Source: Rhodothermales bacterium (GTDB lineage Bacteria > Bacteroidota > Rhodothermia > Rhodothermales > VXPQ01). From it: 47,993 bases of DNA. Under the pieces are notes generated by a model that saw nothing but the letters and a program-made list of their open reading frames with translations, was not told the DNA's origin and ran no database searches. Position numbers and translations under genes: made by a program. The stretch is from NCBI GenBank assembly GCA_040904565.1, contig JBBDTI010000003.1, positions 1 through 47,993 on the forward strand, read 5' to 3'. Of this stretch, positions 8,304 through 17,559 are shown in pieces. How positions within the stretch are numbered: position 1 is the first letter of the stretch; each line of letters opens with the position of its first letter.

Positions 8304-9950
8304 ATGCTCCTGTCAATCATCTCGTATCTGCTCGGAGGGACGGGTCTGTTCCTTGTCGGGATGATCCTCATGTCGGATGGACTCAGGTCTGCTGCAGGAG
8401 GAGCGCTTCAGCGCATCCTCGAACGGTCCACCCGCACACCCTTCTCCGGGTTTCTGACCGGAATAGGGATGACCGCGGTCGTCCAGTCGTCAAGTGCTAC
8501 GACGGTGGCCACGATCGGGTTTGTGAGCGCGGGGCTGCTCTCATTTACGTCGACCATCGGGGTAATCATCGGCGCGAATGTGGGGACGACGAGCACGGGA
8601 TGGATTGTCTCGATGCTCGGGTTCAAAGTGGATGTAGCACTGATGGCCTTGCCGCTCATCGGTATCGGCGCGCTGATGCGGCTGCTGGCCGGAGGTCGCC
8701 GGGCTCAGTTCGGGATGGCGCTCGTCGGCTTCGGACTCATCTTCGTCGGTATCGAATTCTTGCAGGAGGGCATGGGCGGACTGGCCGAGCGGATCGACCT
8801 GTCGAGGTTCTCGGCCGAAGCTACTGGTGGCAGAGTGGCCCTCGTCATCTTGGGTATCATGATGACGGTGCTGCTACAATCGTCGAGTGCCGCCGTGGCG
8901 GTGACGCTTACGGCGCTCTACAGTGGGGCTGTCGACCTCGAGCAGTCGGCCTATCTGGTCATCGGCCAGAATCTGGGCACGACTGTAACGGCCGTGCTTG
9001 CTTCCGCCGGTGCTTCTATCCCCGCGAGGCGGACAGCGGCCGTGCACATAATGTTCAATGTCGCGTCGGCACTGCTGGCCTTCGTGTTCGCCCGATATCT
9101 TCTGGATCTGGCGCAACTCATTGCCGGCGAACGCAGCGATTCGGCGGTGCAGATAGCCCTCTTTCATACGATATTCAACGTTTCAGGAGCCGTGCTGGTG
9201 CTCCCGTTCACCAGTCCGTTCGCGCGACTGGTCACGCGGATCGTACCCGAAAGCGGTCCGCATCTTACACGCCATCTCGACAGGTCGCTGCTTGCAATCC
9301 CCGACGTGGCCGTCGAGGCAGCGTACCGGGCCATGAAGGAGACTGCGGCCGTGACGCTCTCGGAAGCCCGGCTGCTACTGGTAGGCGACGACCGTGACCG
9401 GATGCAGGCGGAGCGGGTGCGGAACGTGCAGTCAGCTTTACAGACGACGGTCGATTTTCTGTCGAGCGTTGAACCCGGTAATACGGAAGGCACGCTGCAG
9501 GAACGACGGCTTTCGCTTTTTCACGTGAGCGATCACCTGGCGCGGCTCATCGAGGCCTACCTGGAAGCAGACGTATCGATCTACGGCGACGACGCCCGGG
9601 ATGCCGCCGGTCGCGTGATTCCGGCGTTCGAGACAGCGTTGGAATGGCTGCGAGGCGCGGACCGAGATCCTCTGGATGTCGCGCGGCGTGCCGAAGAGGT
9701 GTCGAAGGAGCAGGCGGAAGTGCGTAGGGAGCACCGCGCCGAGCTCTTGAAGAAAACGGCGGCGGGCACGCTTCCACCCGGGGAAGCCCATCGCCAGCTC
9801 GAGTCCATGCGCTGGATCGACCGCGTGGTCTACCACGCCTGGCGCGCGCTGCACCATCTGGCCGGTGCGACAGACGCTTCCGAGCCGGGTAACGAGGTAT
9901 ACGTCGGGGCTGAAACGGAGAAATCGGAATCGGTGCGAAACGGTCGGTAG
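8304..9950 (+). CDS. Na+/phosphate cotransporter (NptA/YjbB family) with C-terminal PhoU-like helices
   Basis: GGxGLFLxGM, two QSSSA motifs, GANVGTT and GQNLGTT, HTIFN, and many transmembrane segments. Confidence 0.92.
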   Translation: MLLSIISYLLGGTGLFLVGMILMSDGLRSAAGGALQRILERSTRTPFSGFLTGIGMTAVVQSSSATTVATIGFVSAGLLSFTSTIGVIIGANVGTTSTGWIVSMLGFKVDVALMALPLIGIGALMRLLAGGRRAQFGMALVGFGLIFVGIEFLQEGMGGLAERIDLSRFSAEATGGRVALVILGIMMTVLLQSSSAAVAVTLTALYSGAVDLEQSAYLVIGQNLGTTVTAVLASAGASIPARRTAAVHIMFNVASALLAFVFARYLLDLAQLIAGERSDSAVQIALFHTIFNVSGAVLVLPFTSPFARLVTRIVPESGPHLTRHLDRSLLAIPDVAVEAAYRAMKETAAVTLSEARLLLVGDDRDRMQAERVRNVQSALQTTVDFLSSVEPGNTEGTLQERRLSLFHVSDHLARLIEAYLEADVSIYGDDARDAAGRVIPAFETALEWLRGADRDPLDVARRAEEVSKEQAEVRREHRAELLKKTAAGTLPPGEAHRQLESMRWIDRVVYHAWRALHHLAGATDASEPGNEVYVGAETEKSESVRNGR

Positions 9951-10057
9951 AAGCCAACTTGCCAGGGTGGGTCCAAGTAGTCGATATTGCTGGTTGCGAC
10001 CGGCCCGTATTGGCGATCGTAACCAGATTTGCCGCACGGATTGAAAGGAGGCGCGCC

Positions 10058-12223
10058 ATGCCCATCACCAGGTCACCGTTACTATTCCTTCTCATAGCAG
10101 GATTGTTCTCATTTACGTCCGGCTGTACGGGCGACGCGCCGACGGACGAAGGAAGTTTGATCGTCGATGCGGATGACGTCGGAGGCGTGGTCTCGGGTCC
10201 AAACGGACCGGAAGCGGGCGTCTGGGTTATAGCGGAGACATCCGAGCTCCCCACTCCGTATGCGAAAATTGTGGTGACGGACGAGGAAGGACGGTATCTC
10301 GTCCCAGACCTCCCCGACGCCGAGTACGACGTCTGGGTACGCGGCTATGGACTGGTAGACTCTCCCGCGCAGCAGGTGCGGCCGGGTCAGATGGCCGATT
10401 TCGAGGCTACGGAAGCGCCGTCCGAGGCTGCCGCGGCGGAGATCTATCCTTCGGGCCACTGGTTCTCGCTGATCAACGTTCCGCCGGAGGATGCCTTTCC
10501 GGGAACCGGGCCGAACGGCAACGGCATCTCCGAGTCCATGCAGAATCAGGGTGAATATCTTCGCATGCTCAAATCGGGCACGTGCATGGCCTGTCACGGT
10601 CTCGGCGCGCCCGGCACGCGGCACATTCCCGAGAGTCTGGGAGAGTTCGAATCGTCCGAGGCGGCCTGGGAGCGGCGCCTGCAGTCCGGCCAGGCGGGCG
10701 GTAGCATGATATCGAGCCTGAATCGAATGGGGCGTGAGGCCACGCTGGAGATGTTCGCGGAGTGGACGGACCGCATCGAGGAAGGCGCCGTACCCCCGGC
10801 GCCGCCGCGTCCGGAAGGTCTCGAACGCAATCTTGTGATCACGCTGTGGGACTGGGCTGATCCTACGGCGTATCTCCACGACCTCGTCACGACGGATCGT
10901 CGCGATCCTACCTTGAATGCCTATGGAAAGATTTACGGGGCGCTGGAGGCCAGCGCAGACTACGTGCCCGTACTCGATCCGACAACGCATACGGTAAGCC
11001 GCGTGCAGGTGTATCCACGGGATCCGGAGACGCCGGAAGCCGGCGGGCCGAATATGGCGCCGTCTCCCTACTGGGGTGATGAAGCGATCTGGGACAGCCA
11101 GGCGAACGTCCACAATCCCATGTTCGACGGGGAGGGGCGCGTGTGGCTTACCTCCCGCGTTCGGCCCGCGGACAACCCCGGTTATTGCAAGGAAGGCTCC
11201 GATCACCCGTCCGCCCAGCTTTTTCCGCTCGAACGGTCTTATCGTCACCTTGCTTTCTACGATCCGGAAGCCGACGAGCTCACCAATATCGGCACGTGCT
11301 TCAGCACGCACCATCTGATGTTCGCGCTGGACGAGAACAACACGCTGTGGACGAGCGGGGGCGGTCAGGTCGTCGGGTGGCTTGACGTGGAGCAGTATCT
11401 CGCAACTGGGGATGAAGAAGCGTCGCAGGGGTGGACCGCCCTCGTGATGGATACGAATGGCAACGGTCAGCGAGACGACTACGTGGAACCGAATGAGCCC
11501 GTGGATCCGTCGATGGACAAGCGCTATGGGGGCGCCTTCTATGCGGTCTCACCGCACCCGGACGGTTCGGTCTGGGGGACGTCGCTGGGCTTTCCGGGCG
11601 CCGTGATCCGTCTCGATCCGGGCGACAATCCGCCCGCGACGGCGCTGGCCGAGGTCTACGAGCTGCCGTACGGTAACGAGGATGCGGACGTCTGGGGCTT
11701 CTCGCCGCGGGGCGGTGACGTCGACCGCAACGGCGTGTACTGGACGCCGCTGGCGAGCGGTCACCTGGCCGGCTTCGATCGCAGCCAGTGCGAGGGGCCG
11801 TTGAACGGTCCGGAAGCGACCGGACAGCACTGTCCGGAAGGCTGGACCTTCTACGAAGAGCCCGTTCCGCAGCTCGGCGGCGTCGACGACGCGGCGGGCG
11901 GCGGGGGCGCCAGCTATTATGCGTGGGCGGACTGGTACAACACGTCCGGGCTCGGAGAGAACGTGCCGATCAGCACGGGCAATCAGTCGGACGGCCCGCT
12001 CGCGCTGGTGGACGGCGAGTGGATCCAGATGCGCGTTCCGTATCCGACCGGATTCTACACGAAGTGGATCGACGGTCGCATCGACGATCCGGACGCCGGA
12101 TGGAAAGGCCGCGGGCTCTGGGCAACCGTTAGCACCCGTGCGCCGTTTCACATGGAAACCGGGGCCGGCACGACGAGCAAGGTCGCGCAGTTTCAGTTTC
12201 GACCTGATCCGCTGGCCAGGTAA
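10058..12223 (+). CDS. Lipoprotein with a carboxypeptidase-regulatory-like N-domain, a CxxCH haem motif and a predicted beta-propeller
   Basis: AAAGGAGG RBS before ATG 10058, lipobox FTSGC, GVVSGPNGPEAGVWVIAET...VVTDEEGRY..PDLP, CMACH, and Trp/Gly-rich blade repeats. Confidence 0.8.
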   Translation: MPITRSPLLFLLIAGLFSFTSGCTGDAPTDEGSLIVDADDVGGVVSGPNGPEAGVWVIAETSELPTPYAKIVVTDEEGRYLVPDLPDAEYDVWVRGYGLVDSPAQQVRPGQMADFEATEAPSEAAAAEIYPSGHWFSLINVPPEDAFPGTGPNGNGISESMQNQGEYLRMLKSGTCMACHGLGAPGTRHIPESLGEFESSEAAWERRLQSGQAGGSMISSLNRMGREATLEMFAEWTDRIEEGAVPPAPPRPEGLERNLVITLWDWADPTAYLHDLVTTDRRDPTLNAYGKIYGALEASADYVPVLDPTTHTVSRVQVYPRDPETPEAGGPNMAPSPYWGDEAIWDSQANVHNPMFDGEGRVWLTSRVRPADNPGYCKEGSDHPSAQLFPLERSYRHLAFYDPEADELTNIGTCFSTHHLMFALDENNTLWTSGGGQVVGWLDVEQYLATGDEEASQGWTALVMDTNGNGQRDDYVEPNEPVDPSMDKRYGGAFYAVSPHPDGSVWGTSLGFPGAVIRLDPGDNPPATALAEVYELPYGNEDADVWGFSPRGGDVDRNGVYWTPLASGHLAGFDRSQCEGPLNGPEATGQHCPEGWTFYEEPVPQLGGVDDAAGGGGASYYAWADWYNTSGLGENVPISTGNQSDGPLALVDGEWIQMRVPYPTGFYTKWIDGRIDDPDAGWKGRGLWATVSTRAPFHMETGAGTTSKVAQFQFRPDPLAR

Positions 12224-12258
12224 TCCGGCGTACGATTCGGGCAGTAGGGAGATACGAC

Positions 12259-13362
12259 GTGCATCGATTTCATGAGGACGCTGTTTCGGCGACCGCACTT
12301 GCTGCCGTCCTCATCGGCATGCTGTGGCCGGTAGCCGGATGCGATCGGTCAGCCGACCGGGCACGTGAAGAAGGATCGACCGAACGGTCCGAGGTCGTCG
12401 AGACGGTCGGCGTCGACAGCATCCGCATCGCGCGGGCCTTCGAGCGGGCTCGTGAGATACCCAGACTTCGAACGCTTCTCGTCGCGCGGCACGGCGATAT
12501 CCAGGCGGAACTCCACGCGAGCGGACCTCCGCCCACCGTTCCTACGAACGTCAAGTCCGTCTCGAAGAGCGTGCTCTCCGCCCTGGTCGGTATCGCCATC
12601 GAAGAAGGCTATCTCTCCGGAGCCGGCCAGCCCGTCTATCGATACTTCGACGAGTACCTCGGGTCCGACGTCGAGCGAAGAAAGCGCAGCATCACGATAG
12701 CAGATCTTCTCTCGATGCAGTCCGGCCTGGAACGCACCTCCGGCGGCAATTACGGGGCGTGGGTCACGAGCCCGAACTGGGTCCGCTACGCGATCACGCG
12801 TCCCATGGTGGCGGAGCCCGGCGGCCGGCGCATGTACAGCACCGGTAACTCGCATCTGCTCTCCGCCGTTCTTACGGAGGCTACGGGACAGAGCACGTGG
12901 CAGTACGCACGCGATCGGTTGGCGGAACCGATGGGCATACGTCTACCGCCATGGATGGCCGACCCGCAGGGCGTCTATTTTGGGGGCAACGAGATGCTGA
13001 TGTCCCCTCGCGGCATGGTTCGTTTTGGGGAGTTGTTTCGGAACGAGGGCCGGCTCGACGGCAAGCAGATCGTACCGGCCTGGTGGGTTCGCGAGTCGCT
13101 AACGCCGCGTACGGCCGCACGCCGACCCGGAGAGGGGTACGGCTATAGCTGGTTCCTGTCGGAAGTCTCCGGGTATTTCATGTTCTACGCGTGGGGGTAC
13201 GGCGGTCAGTTTATCTTCGTGATACCGGATCTCGAGCTGACGGTCGTCAGCACGGCCGACGTCAATGTCTCGCGCGGTGGCAGTCACCTGCGAACCGTTC
13301 GGCAGATCCTGGCGGATTTCATCGTGCCCGCCGCCGAGGCGGGTGCGCGGACGGTCGGCTAG
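12259..13362 (+). CDS. Serine hydrolase, class C beta-lactamase/NylB-like family (probable lipoprotein)
   Basis: SxxK (SVSK), LLSMQSG, PGxxxxYST and YAWGYGGQ motifs; VAGC lipobox; GTG start with AGGGAG RBS. Confidence 0.88.
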   Translation: MHRFHEDAVSATALAAVLIGMLWPVAGCDRSADRAREEGSTERSEVVETVGVDSIRIARAFERAREIPRLRTLLVARHGDIQAELHASGPPPTVPTNVKSVSKSVLSALVGIAIEEGYLSGAGQPVYRYFDEYLGSDVERRKRSITIADLLSMQSGLERTSGGNYGAWVTSPNWVRYAITRPMVAEPGGRRMYSTGNSHLLSAVLTEATGQSTWQYARDRLAEPMGIRLPPWMADPQGVYFGGNEMLMSPRGMVRFGELFRNEGRLDGKQIVPAWWVRESLTPRTAARRPGEGYGYSWFLSEVSGYFMFYAWGYGGQFIFVIPDLELTVVSTADVNVSRGGSHLRTVRQILADFIVPAAEAGARTVG

Positions 13363-13460
13363 TTTATCTTACCGCAACCAAACGCTCGGACGTCTCGACC
13401 TACGAAAGCTCTTCTCTATACCACCGGCATGGGCTAACCGTAGGAGGTAGAGCAGAATTT

Positions 13461-13483
13461 AAACTATTGTGTTACAATAATTT
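13461..13483. promoter_or_regulatory. AT-rich palindrome, candidate operator
   Basis: AAAcTATTGT-GTT-ACAATAaTTT lies about 100 nt upstream of the DUF1080-PA14/cupredoxin gene pair. Confidence 0.5.
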
Positions 13484-13586
13484 GGCCGCTGGTAACTCGG
13501 GAAAATAAGCTGCGTGGTGGAAGATTCAACGATGAGGCATTAGATTGCAGGCCGCCTGGAAGCCCTATCGAAGCCGAAGCACGACT

Positions 13587-15437
13587 ATGCCATCTCTTCA
13601 TCGAGTGCGCGCCTGTTTCATGGCGAGCATTCTCGCCCTTTTCTTTTGGACGGGGCAGGCGGCGCCGGCGGCTTACGCGCAGGAGTCGCTGATGGACCTA
13701 CCACTTCACGACATGACCGCCTTTCGTCCGACTGGCGACAACTGGCAGATCGCCGGGGACGTTTTCGCCGATTTTAATCGGCGGCACCACCTGGACGTAG
13801 AGACCGGAACGGGCGTGCTCGTAAGTCTCCCTTCCGAAGACGCACGCGAGAACATCTTCACGACGTGGGAGCACGGAGACCTAACGCTCGCGCTCGACTT
13901 CATGATGCCCTCCGCCTCGAACTCGGGCATTTACCTGCAGGGACGCTACGAAGTGCAGCTCTTCGACAGCTGGGGCATGAAGGATCCTACGTTCGCCGAC
14001 GTGGGAGGTGTCTATCAGCGGTGGGATGAAACGCGTCGCGATAGCCGGAAGGGATTCGATGGCGTGCCTCCCCGCATGAACGCCGGACGCGCACCCGGAC
14101 TCTGGCAGCACCTCGAGATCGACTTCCGCGCGCCGCGCTTCGACCGGAACGGGCGCAAGGTGGAGAACGCCCGGTTCGAGCGCATCGAGCTAAACGGCGT
14201 CGTGATCCACGAAAACGTCGAGCTGACCGGCCCCACGCGTGCTGCCGGCTTCGACGCCGAGACGCCGGCCGGGCCGCTGATGATCCAGGGGGATCACGGA
14301 CCCGTCGCCCTTCGCGACATCCAGTATAAACGATATGGCCGGCAGTCGGTACGGCTCTCCGACGTGACGTACCGCACGTTCGAGGGCGAATTCGACAGCC
14401 TGCCGGATCTCGAGCCGCTCGTGCCCGTCCTCCAGGGCGCACTCGACGGCTTCCGGCACGACGTCGTGGGCGACCTCGACCGGTTTGCGATCGTCTTCGA
14501 GGGCGAGCTGGCAATACCCACGACTGGCCCGTACTTTTTCGACCTCGGTCTGGGATGGATCGATGATGATCCGCACTTCGAAGGAGATCCTCAGGGCGGA
14601 GGCCTCGTGCGCGTCGGCGACCACGACGCGGTCCGCCACGAGGGCACCTCACCGTCGGCGGAGGGCACGGTTCACCTTCAGGCGGGCCGCCATCCCTTCC
14701 GCGTCGCCTACTTCAAGAACCAAAGCGGCCGCGCACCCGTCGCCCTCCTCACGGTAGAGGGGCCGGACACGCGGCGGCGCCTTTTGAATGTCGACACGTC
14801 GCTCCCCTCGCCGCCGCTGGTTGGGCCCATCCACCTCGATTACGGGACCCATCCCCTGCTTCACCGGCATATGGTAGGCTACGATGAAGACCGCCGAACG
14901 CATGTGATGAGCGTCGGTGATCCCGGAGGCGTCCATTACACCGTCGATCTCCACCGGGGCGCCCTACTGCAGGTCTGGCGAGGGCCCTTCCTCGATGCCA
15001 CGCCGATGTGGCATTCGCGCGGCTACCACCAGCTCGCTCTTCCCCGCGGCAGCGTCGCGAGGATGGCCGGCGCACCGGAACTGATAGAGGCTCCGGAAGG
15101 CTCGGTCACGTTCGAGCGCTACGTGCTCGACGATGCCGGGCGGCCGGTCTTTCAGTATGCGGCGCAGGGTGTAGAGATTACCGATCGAATCGAACCCGAT
15201 GCCGAGAACCGTATCCTGCGTCGCACGCTTCGGGCGGATGGCGGCGAGCTCCGGCATGCCGTGGCTCGGACGGCTCAGATCGAGCGCCTGCCGGACGGCA
15301 GCTACGCCATCGACGACCGGAGCTATCTGATCCGATTTGACGGACCTGCCGCGCCCGTGATTCAGCCCTTGGGTGAAGGTTACGAACTGCTCGTACCGCT
15401 GTCCGACGGGCCGGTGACTTATTCGATAATCTGGTAA
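13587..15437 (+). CDS. Secreted DUF1080 + PA14-like domain protein
   Basis: Signal ends AYA-Q. DUF1080 motifs NSGIYLQGRYEVQLFDSW, APGLWQ and GPLMIQGDHGPVA; PA14-like FAIVFEGELAIPTTGPYFF...GTVHLQAGRHPFRVAYF. Confidence 0.85.
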   Translation: MPSLHRVRACFMASILALFFWTGQAAPAAYAQESLMDLPLHDMTAFRPTGDNWQIAGDVFADFNRRHHLDVETGTGVLVSLPSEDARENIFTTWEHGDLTLALDFMMPSASNSGIYLQGRYEVQLFDSWGMKDPTFADVGGVYQRWDETRRDSRKGFDGVPPRMNAGRAPGLWQHLEIDFRAPRFDRNGRKVENARFERIELNGVVIHENVELTGPTRAAGFDAETPAGPLMIQGDHGPVALRDIQYKRYGRQSVRLSDVTYRTFEGEFDSLPDLEPLVPVLQGALDGFRHDVVGDLDRFAIVFEGELAIPTTGPYFFDLGLGWIDDDPHFEGDPQGGGLVRVGDHDAVRHEGTSPSAEGTVHLQAGRHPFRVAYFKNQSGRAPVALLTVEGPDTRRRLLNVDTSLPSPPLVGPIHLDYGTHPLLHRHMVGYDEDRRTHVMSVGDPGGVHYTVDLHRGALLQVWRGPFLDATPMWHSRGYHQLALPRGSVARMAGAPELIEAPEGSVTFERYVLDDAGRPVFQYAAQGVEITDRIEPDAENRILRRTLRADGGELRHAVARTAQIERLPDGSYAIDDRSYLIRFDGPAAPVIQPLGEGYELLVPLSDGPVTYSIIW

Positions 15438-15443
15438 ACGATC

Positions 15444-17465
15444 GTGTACTTCTCCATCGATTCCTTTTTCGGGAGGACGGTCAGGGGCGCCGTCTATCTA
15501 TCCCTTCTGCTCTTCTGCGTGCCTATCGCGGCGGCACAAGATCCGCCGACGGAAGGCGACTACTATCGTATCGAGACGCTTCCCATTCCCGAAGACATCG
15601 TCCTGGAGGTCGGTGGGATGGCCCAGATGCCCGACGGACGTTTGGCGGTATCGAGCCGCCGCGGCGACGTGTGGCTGATTCAGAATCCTACGATGGAGGG
15701 CGGCCGCCCTCCGTATTATCACCGCTTTGCCCGCGGGCTGCATGAACCGCTCGGACTCGCCTACCGCGACGGGGCCCTTTACGCTGCTCAGCGCGGCGAG
15801 CTCACACGCATGCGCGACGAGGATGGTGACGGCCGGGCCGATGTCTATGAATCGGTATACTCGTGGCCGCTGGCCGGCAACTACCATGAGTATTCCTACG
15901 GACCGCTCTTCCGTGATGACGGCAGCATGCTCGTTACGCTCAACCTGGCGTGGATCGGCCACGGGGCCAGCCTGGCGAAGTGGAGGGGATGGATGCTGCA
16001 GATCACCCAAGACGGTGAAATGACCCCGGTGGCCACGGGCATGCGGTCGCCCGCCGGCTTCGGTCATGGTCCGGACGGCTCCGTCTTTTACGCGGAGAAC
16101 CAGGGCGACTGGATTGGATCGGGCTACATCACTCACGTCGAAATAGGCGACTTCCTCGGCAATCCGGAAGGGCTCAGGTGGACGAACGAACGGGACGTGC
16201 CCGCCCGCCTCTCGGGCCTCGCCTACGATGACGTTCCCGATAACGGGGAGCCGCTCTTCGAGGCGATCGAAGAGGTCCCGTCGCTCAAGCGACCCACCGT
16301 CTGGTTCCCGCATACGCTGCTCGGCATCTCGACCTCCGACATCCTCGTGGATTCTACCGGAGGTGCATTCGGACCGTTCGAGGGTCAGCTGCTCGTCGGC
16401 GACCAGGGACACAGCCGCATCAACCGAGTCGCCCTGGAGAAGGTGAACGGCGTCTACCAGGGCGTCGTCATCCCGTTTCGCGAAGGCTTTCAGTCCGGCG
16501 TGCTGCGCCTTACGTGGGGGGTCGACGGATCCCTTTTCGTCGGACAGACGAGCCGCGGGTGGTCGTCTACCGGAAGAGATCCGTACGGCATTCAGCGTGT
16601 GGTGTGGACAGGCGAAACGCCTTTCGAGGTCGCGACCGTCGAGGCGCGGCCGGACGGATTCGAACTGGGCTTCACCCTGCCCGTCGATTCGGCGACCGCG
16701 TCCGATCCGTCCTCCTACGACGTCACCTCCTTCATTTATAAATACCACCACAGCTACGGCAGTCCGCCCATTCAGCAGGAAAACTTGAACGTTCGGGCCG
16801 TCTCCGTCGCCGAGGACGGCCTGAGCGCGCGACTCGCCGTGGAGGGACTTCGGAAGAGCTTCATCCACGAGATCAAGATGGAGGGCGTGCGCTCGCGCGA
16901 AGATCTGCCGCTGCTGCACGACGTCGGGTATTATACGCTGAACGAGATTCCCGGCGGACCGCCCATGGATAGTGCCGCAGGCGCCGCGCCGTCCGCGCGG
17001 CCGACCATCGAACGGGAGCGGAGGGCCGAGATCGAGGCACGGCCGAAGCGGCTCACCGAGATGCCCGCATCGTGGACCGACGGGCCTGATGTCACGGTTA
17101 CGATCGGCACCGAACCCGGGCTGCGGTACGACGTCGGCTCATTCGACGTGCGCGCAGGAAGCCGCGTACGGCTCGACTTTGAAAACGACGATGATATGAT
17201 GCACAATCTCGTCGTCGTGATGCCCCGAACGGCCGATGCGATAGCGCAGGAGGCCATCGCACTAGGTCTCGACGGTCATGAGATGAACTACGTCCCCGAA
17301 TCCGACGACGTGTTATTCCATACGAGGCTGCTGGAACCGAACGCGAGCGAGCCCATCTATTTTGTAGCCCCTGTGGAGCCCGGCGAGTACACCTTTGTAT
17401 GCACCTTCCCCGGCCACGCCCGGACGATGCGCGGGATCATGCGGGTCGTGGGCGCCGGCGATTAA
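15444..17465 (+). CDS. Secreted GSDH-like beta-propeller fused to a C-terminal auracyanin/azurin-type cupredoxin
   Basis: FARGLHEPLGL, GNYHEY, ATGMRSPAG, ENQGDW and FGPFEGQLLVGD; type-1 Cu ligands MHN...YTFVCTFPGH..TM. Starts 6 nt after the previous stop. Confidence 0.85.
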   Translation: MYFSIDSFFGRTVRGAVYLSLLLFCVPIAAAQDPPTEGDYYRIETLPIPEDIVLEVGGMAQMPDGRLAVSSRRGDVWLIQNPTMEGGRPPYYHRFARGLHEPLGLAYRDGALYAAQRGELTRMRDEDGDGRADVYESVYSWPLAGNYHEYSYGPLFRDDGSMLVTLNLAWIGHGASLAKWRGWMLQITQDGEMTPVATGMRSPAGFGHGPDGSVFYAENQGDWIGSGYITHVEIGDFLGNPEGLRWTNERDVPARLSGLAYDDVPDNGEPLFEAIEEVPSLKRPTVWFPHTLLGISTSDILVDSTGGAFGPFEGQLLVGDQGHSRINRVALEKVNGVYQGVVIPFREGFQSGVLRLTWGVDGSLFVGQTSRGWSSTGRDPYGIQRVVWTGETPFEVATVEARPDGFELGFTLPVDSATASDPSSYDVTSFIYKYHHSYGSPPIQQENLNVRAVSVAEDGLSARLAVEGLRKSFIHEIKMEGVRSREDLPLLHDVGYYTLNEIPGGPPMDSAAGAAPSARPTIERERRAEIEARPKRLTEMPASWTDGPDVTVTIGTEPGLRYDVGSFDVRAGSRVRLDFENDDDMMHNLVVVMPRTADAIAQEAIALGLDGHEMNYVPESDDVLFHTRLLEPNASEPIYFVAPVEPGEYTFVCTFPGHARTMRGIMRVVGAGD

Positions 17466-17559
17466 GTCATAGACCGCCTGGTTTTATCACCGGCGGGCTT
17501 CGCCGTGCGGACATCGCGCATTGGATACGCCGGTTCAACGCCGGTTTTCCGAACGAGTT

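Noticed and set aside
12259-13362. Antibiotic-resistance beta-lactamase
   Set aside because: The YST and AWG motifs fit the broad esterase/amidase (NylB-like) branch rather than AmpC (YxN, KTG).
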